Of a stretch of DNA of 34,915 nucleotides, positions 8,933 to 19,184 are shown piece by piece. The notes below the pieces were generated by a model that saw only the letters and a program-made list of their open reading frames with translations, did no database searches and was not told the origin of the DNA. The number at the start of each line of letters is the position of its first letter. The first letter of the stretch is position 1. The stretch lies in IMG/VR virus record IMGVR_UViG_2802428878_000002; one strand, given 5' to 3'. The position numbers and the translations under genes are program-made. This DNA comes from a virus. Taxonomy: Duplodnaviria; Heunggongvirae; Uroviricota; Caudoviricetes.

Positions 8933-9113
8933 CGCTCAGATGTCCGCCCAGGCTTCACATCGCTCAGCTGCATGCTCAATTCGACGATACGAAACCTCCG
9001 GCTGCGACCCGGCGCACGAAGACCGTGAATCGGGGACGTGACATGCATAGCGACGCGGCCACTGTCGTGTCGCGTGCGATCCGTTTCCGGGTTCCGCCGC
9101 ACACTGCGCCACC

Positions 9114-9890
9114 ATGAGCTCGCTGAAATCTCCACCCGAAAACGACAAGCTGCTGAGTCAGCTCCTGCAGACGCTGTTCGCGCTGGCCGCCGCGGCGGTC
9201 ATTGTGGTGCTGATCGTGAACGGCACCTTGTTCGGCAAGGACAACCCGATATCGTCGGAGCTCAGCAAAATCACCGGCCAGGAACAACGCGATGACGGAG
9301 CGCCACCGAGCGCATCGACGATAAGCGGTACCGGAACTCCCAGTCCTGATCCATCGACACTGACCGTCGCTGCGCCCGGTTCCAAAGATGGATACGCCCG
9401 AGCACGATTCGGACAACCGTGGACAGATGACGTCGACATCGAAGGTGGGCACAACGGCTGCAGCACCCGGGACGATATTTTGCAGCGCGACCTCACCGGC
9501 ATAACCCTTTCCGGCTCATGCAAAGTCATGTCCGGAACACTTGCCGACCCGTACACCGGGCAGGTCATTTCATTCGTCTACGGCAAGAAAACATCCGCTC
9601 TCGTACAGATCGATCATCTGGTGAGTTTGGCGAACGTCTGGGTCTCCGGCGCAGCGACCTGGGACTTGCCCGAACTCAAGAAGATCGCGAATGATCCACT
9701 GAATCTGCTTGCCGTCAACGGATCTTCAAACGAGAGCAAGGGCGAGAAATCAGCCGATCAGTGGCTGCCGGAAAACACAGCTTTCGACTGCACGTACGTC
9801 AAGCGCCAAGTGATGGTGAAGAACAAGTACCGGCTGACAGTGACGGCTGCCGAGAAAGCCACCATGCAGCAGTTCTACGGCGCCTGCTGA
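9114..9890 (+). CDS. membrane-anchored DUF1524/GmrSD-C-type HNH nuclease
   Basis: N-terminal TM; GYARARFG...C.TRDDIL.RD...DPYTG...QIDHLVSL...ANDPLNLLAVNGSSNESKG...WLP. Confidence 0.85.
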   Translation: MSSLKSPPENDKLLSQLLQTLFALAAAAVIVVLIVNGTLFGKDNPISSELSKITGQEQRDDGAPPSASTISGTGTPSPDPSTLTVAAPGSKDGYARARFGQPWTDDVDIEGGHNGCSTRDDILQRDLTGITLSGSCKVMSGTLADPYTGQVISFVYGKKTSALVQIDHLVSLANVWVSGAATWDLPELKKIANDPLNLLAVNGSSNESKGEKSADQWLPENTAFDCTYVKRQVMVKNKYRLTVTAAEKATMQQFYGAC

Positions 9891-9946
9891 ACGGCTCGAC
9901 GTGCTGTACCCTTCGGCCTCATTGACCGGGATCTACGGTGCCCGCC

Positions 9947-10681
9947 ATGACAAACACACTTACGCGTTTAGCCGCTGTCGGGTTCAGCGCCGCCGTCGCG
10001 CTCCCGGCCGTCGGATGCCAACAACAGCGGCCCAGCGAGAACACGGCGGCCAGCGCTTATGTTTCCGCGACGGCAGGAGCCGAAACCCACCTTGATGTGA
10101 ACCAAGTGATGAATGCTGCGATAGCAACAGCCCGGGCGATGCGGTCCGCACACCTGATGTTCTCCAGTACTGGAGTTACAGATCTGCTGGCGAAGGCCTA
10201 CGCCGCTGACGTGACCCGCACCCCGACCGTTGCCGCGCGGGGAAACGCCACGCTGAAGATCAACGGAGACTACAGCCAGACGCAGTTCCAGACTGTAGAG
10301 GCGGATTTGTGGATCCAGGACGCCAACGGCACATTCGTCGATGCCGGGCCGGCACAAGGCACTCTGAACCCCGCTGCCCTCTTGGACCCACAACACGGAG
10401 TCGCCAGTGTGCTCGCCGCCGTGGCATCTCCTGTAATTGTTGATCCCAAGGCACACGCCGGTCCGGATGAGGCTGTGAAAGTCGCTGGGACTTTGTCCGC
10501 AGCGGCAGCCAGCGTGCTGGTGCCGCGGTCCTCGCTGGGAGACGCGACGGATTTTCCGGTGGCCGTGTGGCTGGCTCCAGTCGACCCGCATCCCCTTCTC
10601 CAGATAATCGTCACCGTCGGTGAAGGATCACTGACCCTCAGAGCCGATAGGACCGAGCCTTTCGCCGTTGCGGTTCCATAG
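9947..10681 (+). CDS. LppX/LprAFG family lipoprotein
   Basis: Lipobox AVGC, SAHLMFS, LNPAALLDPQHGVASVL pattern (track start 9938). Confidence 0.75.
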   Translation: MTNTLTRLAAVGFSAAVALPAVGCQQQRPSENTAASAYVSATAGAETHLDVNQVMNAAIATARAMRSAHLMFSSTGVTDLLAKAYAADVTRTPTVAARGNATLKINGDYSQTQFQTVEADLWIQDANGTFVDAGPAQGTLNPAALLDPQHGVASVLAAVASPVIVDPKAHAGPDEAVKVAGTLSAAAASVLVPRSSLGDATDFPVAVWLAPVDPHPLLQIIVTVGEGSLTLRADRTEPFAVAVP

Positions 10682-10753
10682 ACGGATCCGAACGACACAG
10701 CGCCCCGGGGCCTTTCACAGGTACCGGAGCGCTGCGCCCAAGCAACATCGATG

Positions 10754-13700
10754 CTATGCAGACTGCCGAAGCGCCTGCTGCTCTTGCTGCAATCGCCGGG
10801 CCACCGCGTCAACATCGATTCGCGCGGTCTGCACCATCACGTAGTCGTCGGCGTCGACAATGATCCGCCCCTGTCCGGCACGCCAGCGCATCGGCTTGAG
10901 GTGGTACGCCTGACCAATGGGATCACCAGACGACGGCGGGCTGGCTAGCTGCAGGATGGGCGCCATCATGTTCTCGCGCAACGCCACCAGGAACTCAGAT
11001 GACTTCACCCTGCCCGCGAACCCGCTGCTGCTATCCGAGACGATGAAGTGCACGCCGAGGTCCGTTCCGGTAGCGAGCAGTTCACTGACGCTCACGCCGC
11101 CGTATCGCACCTCATCGAACACCGACTTGGCCGAGTGCCCCTTGGACATGTTGGCGAAGTTGTCGACAAACACGTATACCTCGGGTCCGGTGAAGAACGT
11201 CCGCGAGCTCAGTTGCTCGGCGGTCGCATCATCGGTGGGACGGCGCGACCCCATCAGCTTGACCAACATCTCCGCCGTGTCAGCGATGTCCTCGGCGCTG
11301 GTGACATATCCCGGTGGACGTATCCGCTCGCGAACCATCGCTCCGTCGCGTTCCACTTCCCGGAACTTGGCGGGCTTTACGAATCCTCGCTCGTACAGAC
11401 GATCTCGTTCTCCAAGGTGCTGCCGCAGCGGATCGATCACAATGATGATCGCGTCCTTCGGGGTGAATTGACGCATCACCGACTCCATGACGCTACGCAG
11501 CAAGTTGGTCTTGCCGGCGCCCTTCTCGCTGTAGACCAACAGGTTCTGCGAGAAGTTCGGGACCGGAGCCAAGGACAACGTGTCCATCCGCACGCCCAGC
11601 GGGATGATCGTGTTCACGGGGTGGCGGTCCTTGTCGCTGAGCGGGGCAAAGGCAGACCACACCTGCTCGTAGTCGATCACCGGGTCTGCCGGCAGCACCC
11701 TGACCACGCGCTGCTCGGCCAGTTCAGCTGATAGATGCAGGCACAGGTTCCGAATCTCTTCACCATGATCGTGGATCTTGAAATCCTTCATACCCTTGAC
11801 ATAACCGTCCTCTTCGATCTCCCGGAAGATCGGAACAGCGGTGCGGCACTGCAGCAGTGTCAGCGGGTCCAAAGACCGACCAGGCTGATCCACCGGAATA
11901 CGCTCGCTCAGGGTGAAGCGCACTTCGGAAGAAACCTTGGCCCCGGCGTAGTCCGTCGACGGCAGCTGAACACCGCCGTTGACCTCCGCGGTGTAGTGAG
12001 TCACGTTGCCCGCGTTACCCGACCCTCCCGAGTCCGCGGTGTACACCAGGTGCACACCCACAGCGGCACCCTTATCGAGGATCGGGCGCAGCAGCTGCGC
12101 ACGCACAGCGCGGTCATCCTTCTCACCGAGGAATCCACCAATGCCGTCAATGGCCACAATTACGTACCCATACGGGTCATCTGCCACAGGGGCATTGGCC
12201 TTGGACGCCAAATATGCGTCAACCGAGGATGCTTGGCGGTCAACCATCTCGCGGCGTCGCACTTCGATCAAGCGCGAAGCCTCACCGAGGATGCGCGCGG
12301 TGGTCTCGTCGTCTTCCGGTCGTGCGTACGCCGCGACATTGGGACTGTCTTTGACCTCTCCGAGCTTGCCGGTGCCGTAGTCGGCGAGCATGAATGCCAA
12401 ACGCTCCGGTCCGTGTTGAATGCAGCCGCACACGACCAGTGTCTGAAGCAGCGTGGTACGCCCCGACTTGCCCGCACCGGCGATCACCTGGTGCGGGATG
12501 TTTCCGCCGAAGTCCATGAACCACGGCAGTCGCGTGTGCTTCTCGGGGGCATCGAGGTCGCCCACCCTGATCTTCAGCCCCTTGACTTCTCGGGTCAGAT
12601 TGAGCGTCGGCAGCGACAAAGGCTCGCGCAGCGATGGCTTCCACAGGTCCAAGGTGCGCATATCGGACAGTCGCGAGGCCTTCTCCAGGAGCACGTCGGC
12701 CATCTTCTCGCCGAATTGTTCCTCGGTGACCTCCACCGTGTCTTCTTCGACCTCCGGAGTGAATCCCCGGGTAGTGAACAGCGTGAACGGAACTACAGGC
12801 TCTGCAACTGCACCTGAGCCGTCCGCCCGGGAGCGGGCACGCTCTGTCACGGTTCGTCGGATGTAGGGGGCCTCGTGGTGGAATGCAGCCACTTCGACGG
12901 GAGCTGCGTCAGTGGTGAACTTGCGCAGGATCTTTCCCTTGAGTCCACCCTTCTTGCCCACCATCGTCGCTGCGTCGTCGGTACCGAGCATCGCGATGGA
13001 ATAGCTCGCACTGTTGACCGACAGCGAGTAGCGGAAACTCAAGTGCTCAAAGAGGTCACCGATCACGTCCTTGTTGATGAACTGGCTGCACATCACCAGG
13101 TGCATGCCCAGCGAGCGACCAACGCGACCGACACGGATCAACAGATCCAAGTAGCCGGGACGTTCCTTGAGGAACTCACCGAACTCGTCGATGATGACGA
13201 TCAAGTCCGGAAGCGGAGGCCAGCTTGGATCGTTCGGGTGCTTCTTCTGCTGCTCCCGGTAGTCGAAGATGTCCTTGCAACCCTTTTCGGTGGTGATGAA
13301 CTCCTCGCGGCGATTCACTTCGCCGTTGATCACCGCACCGAGCCGGTCGACCAGCTCCATCGTGTTCTCAAGATTGGAGATGGATGCCACGACATGTGGC
13401 AGCCCGTCCATTCCCAGGAACGTTGCGCCGCCCTTGAAGTCGGCCAGGATCAGTGCGACTTTGTCCGGGCCGTACATGGCGATGAGCGCCAGCACTATCG
13501 CGCGCAGGAAGTACGACTTACCCGATCCGGTACGTCCGGCCACCGCGCCGTGCGGGCCGTTGCCGTCGCGGTTCTCCTCGTAGAAGTTCAGGTAGGTCAG
13601 CTCTGAGGTAAGTTCGTCGCCCTTGCGGTAGTAGCCGAACGGAACCTTGATTTCATCGGTGTAGGCGTTGCGCTTCCACACTTCGATCAAGTCGTGGGTC

Positions 13701-15031
13701 TCGATATCGCCGATCTCGAGTACTTCGAAGAAGTCCGGAATGTGGTCGGGGCGATCGTCAACCACAGCTCCGTTGACGCCGTAGTTGCGTGGGCGCCACT
13801 TGTACATGGCCCGTGCGAATACTTCGGCTTGCGCGATCGTCACCGAGTCCGCGGCAGCCGCGTCGTAGTCGTCGACTGTTGAGACGCGACCGTCCTTGAG
13901 CAGAATGCGGCTCTTCATCTTTACGGGGTCGGTGACCAGGTCTTGGCCGTAGCGCACCACGAACCACGTCATGCCGTTGACTCCGCCGGAGATGTTCGCC
14001 GGCCAGGACACCATCGCGTCGGGCAGATCGATGATTAGCAGCAGGTGTGGTGGGCGCTCGTCGCTGTCCTCATTGCGCATCCGCTCGATCTGCGCCGCGT
14101 GCATCGCTGCGAATTCGTCGAGGCTGCGCCATGTGAGCAGCCGCGCGCCCAGCCCCTTTTCAACCCGCGTCACATCTTCGGTATGTGGCAGCCACTTCAC
14201 CCATTCCCACGTCTTGGGGTCGTTGGTCACCACGCCGATGTTCAGATCACTGGGCCGATGGTTGAACGCCAGCGACATAAGCATGGCCCGTACAAGCCCT
14301 AGCCTGCCTTCCTCGTCACCGCGCATCGCATAGGCGGGAAACTCGTTGAGCCGCACATCGATCGGAAGGTTGGCCACTACAGACAACGTGTTGATGGCGC
14401 GGTCGTAGCGCACCATTGTCGCCGGTTCCTGCATCTCGGGGACGACGTCGTCCGCCTGGATCAGCTTGGGATACAAGGGCGCCACACCGATCCCGACACG
14501 GGCACGCAGGTATGGGTTGGACGTCAGATTCTTGACGTCCGGGTCCGATTCATCGGCTGGCGCAACTACCCGGCCGATGTCGAGATTACGGTCGGCCTGC
14601 CACATCTCGTGAGTGCCGACCAGCGACAGAAGGTCAGCCGGATGCGGGAAGCACATGGTACGTAGGTCGTGCATAGCGCGGCCCTGGTCGTAGATCTCGA
14701 AACGCCTCTCGCGCAGCTCGAGATCGTATTCCTCTATCTCTTGGTCGATGTCGCCCCCGCTGCTGCCCTGGTTGCGCATCTGCATGGCGTACATCAGCGG
14801 CATCATGAGCATGAGCGGCATGCTGGAGAGCATGGTGACGATGGCGCGCTGACCGGTGACCAGTGACATCACCACCATGCCGATCATCACGGCGACCATG
14901 ATCAAAGGCATTGCGCGAAGCCAAATGGGCCGCTTGTCCGGAGCGGGCAAGCCGAGCGGTTCCTTGATCTGCACACCGGTGGGCAACAGCTGAACTGACT
15001 CTCGCGGCGGTGCCCGGAAAACGGTAAACAT
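10754..15031 (-). CDS. eccC: type VII secretion ATPase EccC (fused EccCa-EccCb; 2 TM + DUF + 3 FtsK-like domains)
   Basis: Walker A GRTGSGKS with LADFKGGATF and IIDEFGE; second GAGKSGRT; third SEKGAGKT; N-terminal Met-rich TM hairpin. Confidence 0.93.
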   Translation of the reverse strand: MFTVFRAPPRESVQLLPTGVQIKEPLGLPAPDKRPIWLRAMPLIMVAVMIGMVVMSLVTGQRAIVTMLSSMPLMLMMPLMYAMQMRNQGSSGGDIDQEIEEYDLELRERRFEIYDQGRAMHDLRTMCFPHPADLLSLVGTHEMWQADRNLDIGRVVAPADESDPDVKNLTSNPYLRARVGIGVAPLYPKLIQADDVVPEMQEPATMVRYDRAINTLSVVANLPIDVRLNEFPAYAMRGDEEGRLGLVRAMLMSLAFNHRPSDLNIGVVTNDPKTWEWVKWLPHTEDVTRVEKGLGARLLTWRSLDEFAAMHAAQIERMRNEDSDERPPHLLLIIDLPDAMVSWPANISGGVNGMTWFVVRYGQDLVTDPVKMKSRILLKDGRVSTVDDYDAAAADSVTIAQAEVFARAMYKWRPRNYGVNGAVVDDRPDHIPDFFEVLEIGDIETHDLIEVWKRNAYTDEIKVPFGYYRKGDELTSELTYLNFYEENRDGNGPHGAVAGRTGSGKSYFLRAIVLALIAMYGPDKVALILADFKGGATFLGMDGLPHVVASISNLENTMELVDRLGAVINGEVNRREEFITTEKGCKDIFDYREQQKKHPNDPSWPPLPDLIVIIDEFGEFLKERPGYLDLLIRVGRVGRSLGMHLVMCSQFINKDVIGDLFEHLSFRYSLSVNSASYSIAMLGTDDAATMVGKKGGLKGKILRKFTTDAAPVEVAAFHHEAPYIRRTVTERARSRADGSGAVAEPVVPFTLFTTRGFTPEVEEDTVEVTEEQFGEKMADVLLEKASRLSDMRTLDLWKPSLREPLSLPTLNLTREVKGLKIRVGDLDAPEKHTRLPWFMDFGGNIPHQVIAGAGKSGRTTLLQTLVVCGCIQHGPERLAFMLADYGTGKLGEVKDSPNVAAYARPEDDETTARILGEASRLIEVRRREMVDRQASSVDAYLASKANAPVADDPYGYVIVAIDGIGGFLGEKDDRAVRAQLLRPILDKGAAVGVHLVYTADSGGSGNAGNVTHYTAEVNGGVQLPSTDYAGAKVSSEVRFTLSERIPVDQPGRSLDPLTLLQCRTAVPIFREIEEDGYVKGMKDFKIHDHGEEIRNLCLHLSAELAEQRVVRVLPADPVIDYEQVWSAFAPLSDKDRHPVNTIIPLGVRMDTLSLAPVPNFSQNLLVYSEKGAGKTNLLRSVMESVMRQFTPKDAIIIVIDPLRQHLGERDRLYERGFVKPAKFREVERDGAMVRERIRPPGYVTSAEDIADTAEMLVKLMGSRRPTDDATAEQLSSRTFFTGPEVYVFVDNFANMSKGHSAKSVFDEVRYGGVSVSELLATGTDLGVHFIVSDSSSGFAGRVKSSEFLVALRENMMAPILQLASPPSSGDPIGQAYHLKPMRWRAGQGRIIVDADDYVMVQTARIDVDAVARRLQQEQQALRQSA

Positions 15032-15051
15032 GAGTGTTCCTTCCTTGGCGG

Positions 15052-16785
15052 TCAGCGACCGGCAGTTGAGGGATCGTTGACGGCGGGCACAGGCGTGGCG
15101 GTCTCACCGCTTGCATTGGCCGCGGGATCAGCGGTGGGCGGGCCCGGTTGTTGTGGGGACGAGGGTTCTTGCTCTTCTTCTTCTTCGGAAGGCGGGGGCG
15201 GCGGCGGTTGCCCTTGCGTAGAAGGCGGATTCGGAACCTGGGATGAGGGGTTGATGGTTCCTTGCATGACTTGGGCGTTCTTGATCGACAAGGTCGCGCC
15301 AGGGGCATAGAGCTTGGCAACAGCCGCCGGAATCGGTGTCGGCGAAATCGAATCGAATCCCAGCGCTTTGACGGTTGGGTCATACGAGACTCCGCCGTTG
15401 CGCGCGATTACCACGTCGATGGGGAATCGAGTTCCGTTGGGGTCGATCCACAGCAGTTGCTCCGCTGCAACTGAATCGGTGCTGTCGCCGGTGATGCGCG
15501 CGTACCAGCCGTAACCGGGACGGGTGATTGAATCGGTCGCCTGATCAGTGGTTCCGTTGTTCGGCAGTAGGTGTACTGCCGCCACCCGACCCGACTCGGT
15601 AACTGGCATCCGCGAATTGGTGAAAATCCGGGTATGAGCTGTGAGCTCACCGACTGTCTTGGTCCAGCTCCAGCACAGAGCGGGCTCACTGACCAGCGTC
15701 GGCACCTGCGCGGGGAAACGTGAATCGTCCACGATTGCGATCCGCGGCATCGCCTGCACCGAGGCCGGGTCGTCGACGAGCTTCTGTGCGGCTCCGGTGT
15801 TGATCATCATCTGCGCGAGAACAGGACTGACTTGCTGTACTCCCCCAGACCCGACCAGGTAAAAGGCCCGCGCCCCTGAGGCGGTTGTCACTGTCAGCAC
15901 ATCGCCGATGGCTGAACCGTTCACTGTCGGGCTGGGCTGGCCCTGGTTGACGAGCCTTGGCGCGGTGAGCACCGGCGAGGGAGCGATCGTGGCGAGCAGC
16001 GAGGGAGAGACGGTCACTGCGGATTCGATCAGCGATGGTGTCAGGCCCAGCGCGGCCTGGGCGGCATAGTCGCCGCGACCGACTTCTGCCCGAGTGTCCC
16101 GATACAGCAGCCACAACCGCGTCGGGTCACCAGCGGGTTTAACCAACACCGCGCGGGTGTTTCCCAGATCAGTTCCACCATCGAGCATGTCGTCTCCGGC
16201 GATCACAGCTGTGGTGATGTCGCCGGTCTTGAGCAGCGAGAGCGGTACCGCGGTGTCACGCCAGTCGCACACGGTCCACACCGCTGTTTCATCAGTTCGG
16301 GGCGACAACAGATTCGGCGCGCTGGGGATGCCCATGAGCGGGCCGGTGGGCAGCGAACGCAGCGCTGCGTCGGTGGCCACTTTGGCTTCCTCCGGCTTGC
16401 CGACGATCAGGCGTGCCGAAGCCAGGTTGGTTACTGGGTGCAGCCGGCCGTTGAACTGAACGAAGATGCCGCCGGAACGAGTTGTCATGATCGCGGCGAC
16501 GCCCGAATCGGGCTTGGGGTTGATCATCGAGACGATGAAGGCCGCCACGAGAACAAGCACGCCGCCCACGAGGCTCACTGACAGCGACCCCCGCAGACGA
16601 GTCAGGGGCGAGCCGACACCGCGCACATCCTGACGCGACAGTGCTTCGTCGATGCGATTGAGTTCACGCTTGTACCCTTTGATCTGGCGACCGGTGGTCA
16701 CGTACCAAGGCACTGCTGTATCGGTGCGATTGCGTGCACGCTTGGGCCCCTCGGCCTGTCGGCCATCGGCAGAATTCCCGGCCAC
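15052..16785 (-). CDS. eccB: type VII secretion membrane protein EccB
   Basis: TTGRQIKGY, single TM, LHPVTNLASARLIVG, GIPSAP, WTVCD, LCWSW motifs; GAAGGAG RBS before GTG 16785 (track start 16851); Pro/Glu-rich tail. Confidence 0.92.
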   Translation of the reverse strand: MAGNSADGRQAEGPKRARNRTDTAVPWYVTTGRQIKGYKRELNRIDEALSRQDVRGVGSPLTRLRGSLSVSLVGGVLVLVAAFIVSMINPKPDSGVAAIMTTRSGGIFVQFNGRLHPVTNLASARLIVGKPEEAKVATDAALRSLPTGPLMGIPSAPNLLSPRTDETAVWTVCDWRDTAVPLSLLKTGDITTAVIAGDDMLDGGTDLGNTRAVLVKPAGDPTRLWLLYRDTRAEVGRGDYAAQAALGLTPSLIESAVTVSPSLLATIAPSPVLTAPRLVNQGQPSPTVNGSAIGDVLTVTTASGARAFYLVGSGGVQQVSPVLAQMMINTGAAQKLVDDPASVQAMPRIAIVDDSRFPAQVPTLVSEPALCWSWTKTVGELTAHTRIFTNSRMPVTESGRVAAVHLLPNNGTTDQATDSITRPGYGWYARITGDSTDSVAAEQLLWIDPNGTRFPIDVVIARNGGVSYDPTVKALGFDSISPTPIPAAVAKLYAPGATLSIKNAQVMQGTINPSSQVPNPPSTQGQPPPPPPSEEEEEQEPSSPQQPGPPTADPAANASGETATPVPAVNDPSTAGR

Positions 16786-16938
16786 CGCAACTCCTTCTTC
16801 GCCAAGCCAGCCGGCCAGGCGGCCGGTCTCGATGCGTGGGGAGGGTGGCAAAAACCAGCGGCTACAGCGGCCCGCGGCGCGAGGTGCGACAAAAGGGCAG
16901 CCGCGTCTGGCACCGCTGTTCAGACAAGCCGTGGTGTA

Positions 16939-16955
16939 TTCTCCGTTTTAGAGAA
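16939..16955. promoter_or_regulatory. palindromic operator copy 2 (TTCTCCGTTTTAGAGAA)
   Basis: In the divergent eccB / XRE intergenic region; 21 of 22 bp identical to copy 1 when the flanks are included. Confidence 0.75.
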
Positions 16956-16984
16956 ATTGCGTTGTATACCAGGAGGCACGCCTT

Positions 16985-17287
16985 ATGCGCACCGACTCCG
17001 CCACACCCAAGAGGGCAGGCGGCCCACTATTGCTGACGGATTCAGCCATCGGCGCAGCAATCCGCAGCCGCCGGGGCGAGGTTCAACAAGGTGAAGTGGC
17101 TAGACGCGCAGGGCTCAATCTCAGCGTGTACTCCCGCATCGAGCGTGGTGAACGGCCCTGCCGCGTATCAGAAATGGTGAGCATCGCCAAGGCGCTCAAC
17201 ACCCCTGAAGACGAGATGCTCAAACTGATCAGGGAGCACGTTGCCGAGCAAGAGGCAGCGAAAAGCCTCAGGAAAAGCAATGGCTGA
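16985..17287 (+). CDS. XRE-family HTH transcriptional regulator
   Basis: AGGAGG RBS; QGEVARRAGLNLSVYSRIERGERP. Confidence 0.88.
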   Translation: MRTDSATPKRAGGPLLLTDSAIGAAIRSRRGEVQQGEVARRAGLNLSVYSRIERGERPCRVSEMVSIAKALNTPEDEMLKLIREHVAEQEAAKSLRKSNG

Positions 17288-17906
17288 CAGCGCACTACAC
17301 ATCGGGATCGACATCGACGGAGTGCTAGCCGACTATATGACTGGAGTCGCCGCCGTTGGCCAGAGCATGGGGCTGACGATGGACGGATCGGCAAGCGGAC
17401 CCACCGAATACGGCCTAGTGGAGCCCGGTTGGTTTCCTGACGATGAATCCGCTTCGAAGGCAATGGTCCAGTTGCGTGACAGCGGAGGCCTGCGCAAACT
17501 AGCGCTGCTTGACGCCGGAGCCGCCGCGGCTATCAGGCGCTTGCGCATTGCCGGCCATCGCGTATCGATCGTGACCGCCCGGCATTCCGGCGGACGCTAC
17601 ACACAGTCGCGCGACGAGCAGCGCATCGCGCGCGAAACCATCGACTGGCTGACAGAACACGAAATCTTGCCCGACGACCTGAGATTTGAGCGGCGCAAGA
17701 GCGTGGTCGGCTGCCAGATCTACATCGATGACGCACCACACATCATCGAGGAACTGCGCCAGAACGGTCGCCGCGCCGTTGTCTACGACCAGCCGTACAA
17801 CCGACACCTGCCAGGTGAGCGCGTATCCAATATGACTGAATTCGCCGAATTGGTCCTGGCCGCAGCCGATGAACCCAAAACCGTAGGTGCGAAAGCATCG
17901 TTCTAG
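17280..17906 (+). CDS. HAD-superfamily 5'-nucleotidase (NT5C-like)
   Basis: IGIDIDGVLAD, IVTAR, K...IYIDDAPH, DQPYNR; ATG 17280 overlaps the XRE stop (track start 17241). Confidence 0.85.
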   Translation: MADSALHIGIDIDGVLADYMTGVAAVGQSMGLTMDGSASGPTEYGLVEPGWFPDDESASKAMVQLRDSGGLRKLALLDAGAAAAIRRLRIAGHRVSIVTARHSGGRYTQSRDEQRIARETIDWLTEHEILPDDLRFERRKSVVGCQIYIDDAPHIIEELRQNGRRAVVYDQPYNRHLPGERVSNMTEFAELVLAAADEPKTVGAKASF

Positions 17907-17977
17907 GCCCACGAACGAGTCTGCTGCCCCTAATCGCTGGCGAGCCCATCGGCCGGAGATGTCAGAGCGTCCTGATA

Positions 17978-17994
17978 TTCTCTAAAATAGAGAA
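17978..17994. promoter_or_regulatory. palindromic operator copy 3 (TTCTCTAAAATAGAGAA)
   Basis: Same motif; 15 bp upstream of ATG 18010. Confidence 0.75.
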
Positions 17995-18009
17995 ATAGAT
18001 GAGGTGGTC

Positions 18010-18366
18010 ATGAAGCACCTAGCTCGCCAAGAGAGCAGCACTGAGAACACGACAACTCAGCCCTCCTTCATATGTGGGTTCGACGACGGAGCGAGGTCCA
18101 CTGCGTGCACCAATCCGGCTCCCGACGATGCCAGTTATTGCAGCCAGCACGACCCTGAGGTAGTCACTATCGAACGCAGCTACCTGGTCCGAGTGGTACA
18201 GACCTACACCGGCAGACTCCCCGAAAGCCGGGAGGAACGTACTGACGATGTCGACCAGTTCATTTGCGACAACTTTCTTTTGGTCAGCGACGAAACCGAG
18301 ACCGTCGACGAGGACGAACTTCAGGTGATCCTGCGACACCCCGATGGATCAGCCGAAGCGCTCTGA
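18010..18366 (+). CDS. hypothetical protein with possible C3H zinc motif
   Basis: GAGGTGG RBS; C-x10-C-x10-C-x2-H; acidic C-terminus. Confidence 0.6.
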   Translation: MKHLARQESSTENTTTQPSFICGFDDGARSTACTNPAPDDASYCSQHDPEVVTIERSYLVRVVQTYTGRLPESREERTDDVDQFICDNFLLVSDETETVDEDELQVILRHPDGSAEAL

Positions 18367-18411
18367 AATCTCCATTGACGCCACATCCACAACCCGAGAG
18401 GAACTCGGCTC

Positions 18412-18669
18412 ATGGCCAACGCAACGCACACGGTTCGGACAATCACTGAGCACCGGTTCACCGTGCCATGCGAATCGCCTCACGGCGGGAACTGGCAGGA
18501 CTTCGACGTCGCACGCGCGATGGCCGAGAACGTCGCACGTGAGCAGGGCATCAACACCGGGACCGACGGTTGGTCTCGGCTGCGCTGCGAAGATGATCAG
18601 TTGGTGATCGTCTTGACCATTGAAGGGCCGGACGAACTACCACCAGCTCATAGGCCTGGCAATGTCTGA
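18412..18669 (+). CDS. hypothetical phage-like protein
   Basis: GAGAGGA RBS; overlaps the next gene. Confidence 0.6.
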   Translation: MANATHTVRTITEHRFTVPCESPHGGNWQDFDVARAMAENVAREQGINTGTDGWSRLRCEDDQLVIVLTIEGPDELPPAHRPGNV

Positions 18670-19138
18670 GCCCCCAACACTGCCCCCGTTCAGCGGTTAT
18701 CCGCTGGATATGTTTGCGCCCATTGACATGGAGCGCCCCGGCCTCCAGCCACCGGACACTCCCCTGGTTCGCATCCTGCGCCGCGGCCGCTCCGCCTACG
18801 AAGGTGGAGCTGTCAACTGGTTACATGAGGCCCGCGACGAGGTGAGCCGCCACAGTGAGACGGACTTCTTCGAACGATCGACTCAGCAGTGGGCGCATCC
18901 ACCCGACGCCGATGGTTGGTTCTACAGCTACTGGAGCTATCCGGTACACAGTTGCGATCACGGCTGCGACGAGGAGCCCTTCGTCGATGTACGTGCCGTG
19001 CGCTGGGTGAACGCCGACCAGATCCCCGAGGGCGAACGCCACGTCGCGGGTCGACCGCTGAACCCAGATGGAACGCCGCATCAGCGCCGGCCCCAATCGA
19101 CTCGTCGCCGCGGCTTCGCCCAAATCGCAGTCAACTAG
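18662..19138 (+). CDS. hypothetical protein
   Basis: ATG 18662 coupled to the upstream stop (track start 18620). Confidence 0.55.
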   Translation: MSEPPTLPPFSGYPLDMFAPIDMERPGLQPPDTPLVRILRRGRSAYEGGAVNWLHEARDEVSRHSETDFFERSTQQWAHPPDADGWFYSYWSYPVHSCDHGCDEEPFVDVRAVRWVNADQIPEGERHVAGRPLNPDGTPHQRRPQSTRRRGFAQIAVN

Positions 19139-19171
19139 ACCCGCACTTTCTGCGTACCCGCAATTTCTGCG
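19139..19171 (+). promoter_or_regulatory. tandem operator (ACCCGCA[C/A]TTTCTGCG x2) next to a -10 TATTGT (19173-19178)
   Basis: Two 16-bp copies at 17-bp period, each with an inner CGCA-N5-TGCG palindrome; ATG follows 6 nt after the -10. Confidence 0.6.
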
Positions 19172-19184
19172 GTATTGTATCGCC

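Noticed and set aside
1804-16951. Long antisense ORFs (e.g. 1804..2637, 3431..4246, 6873..7691, 7716..8453, 11735..12817, 12875..13606)
   Set aside because: Shadows of real genes on the opposite strand in high-GC DNA.
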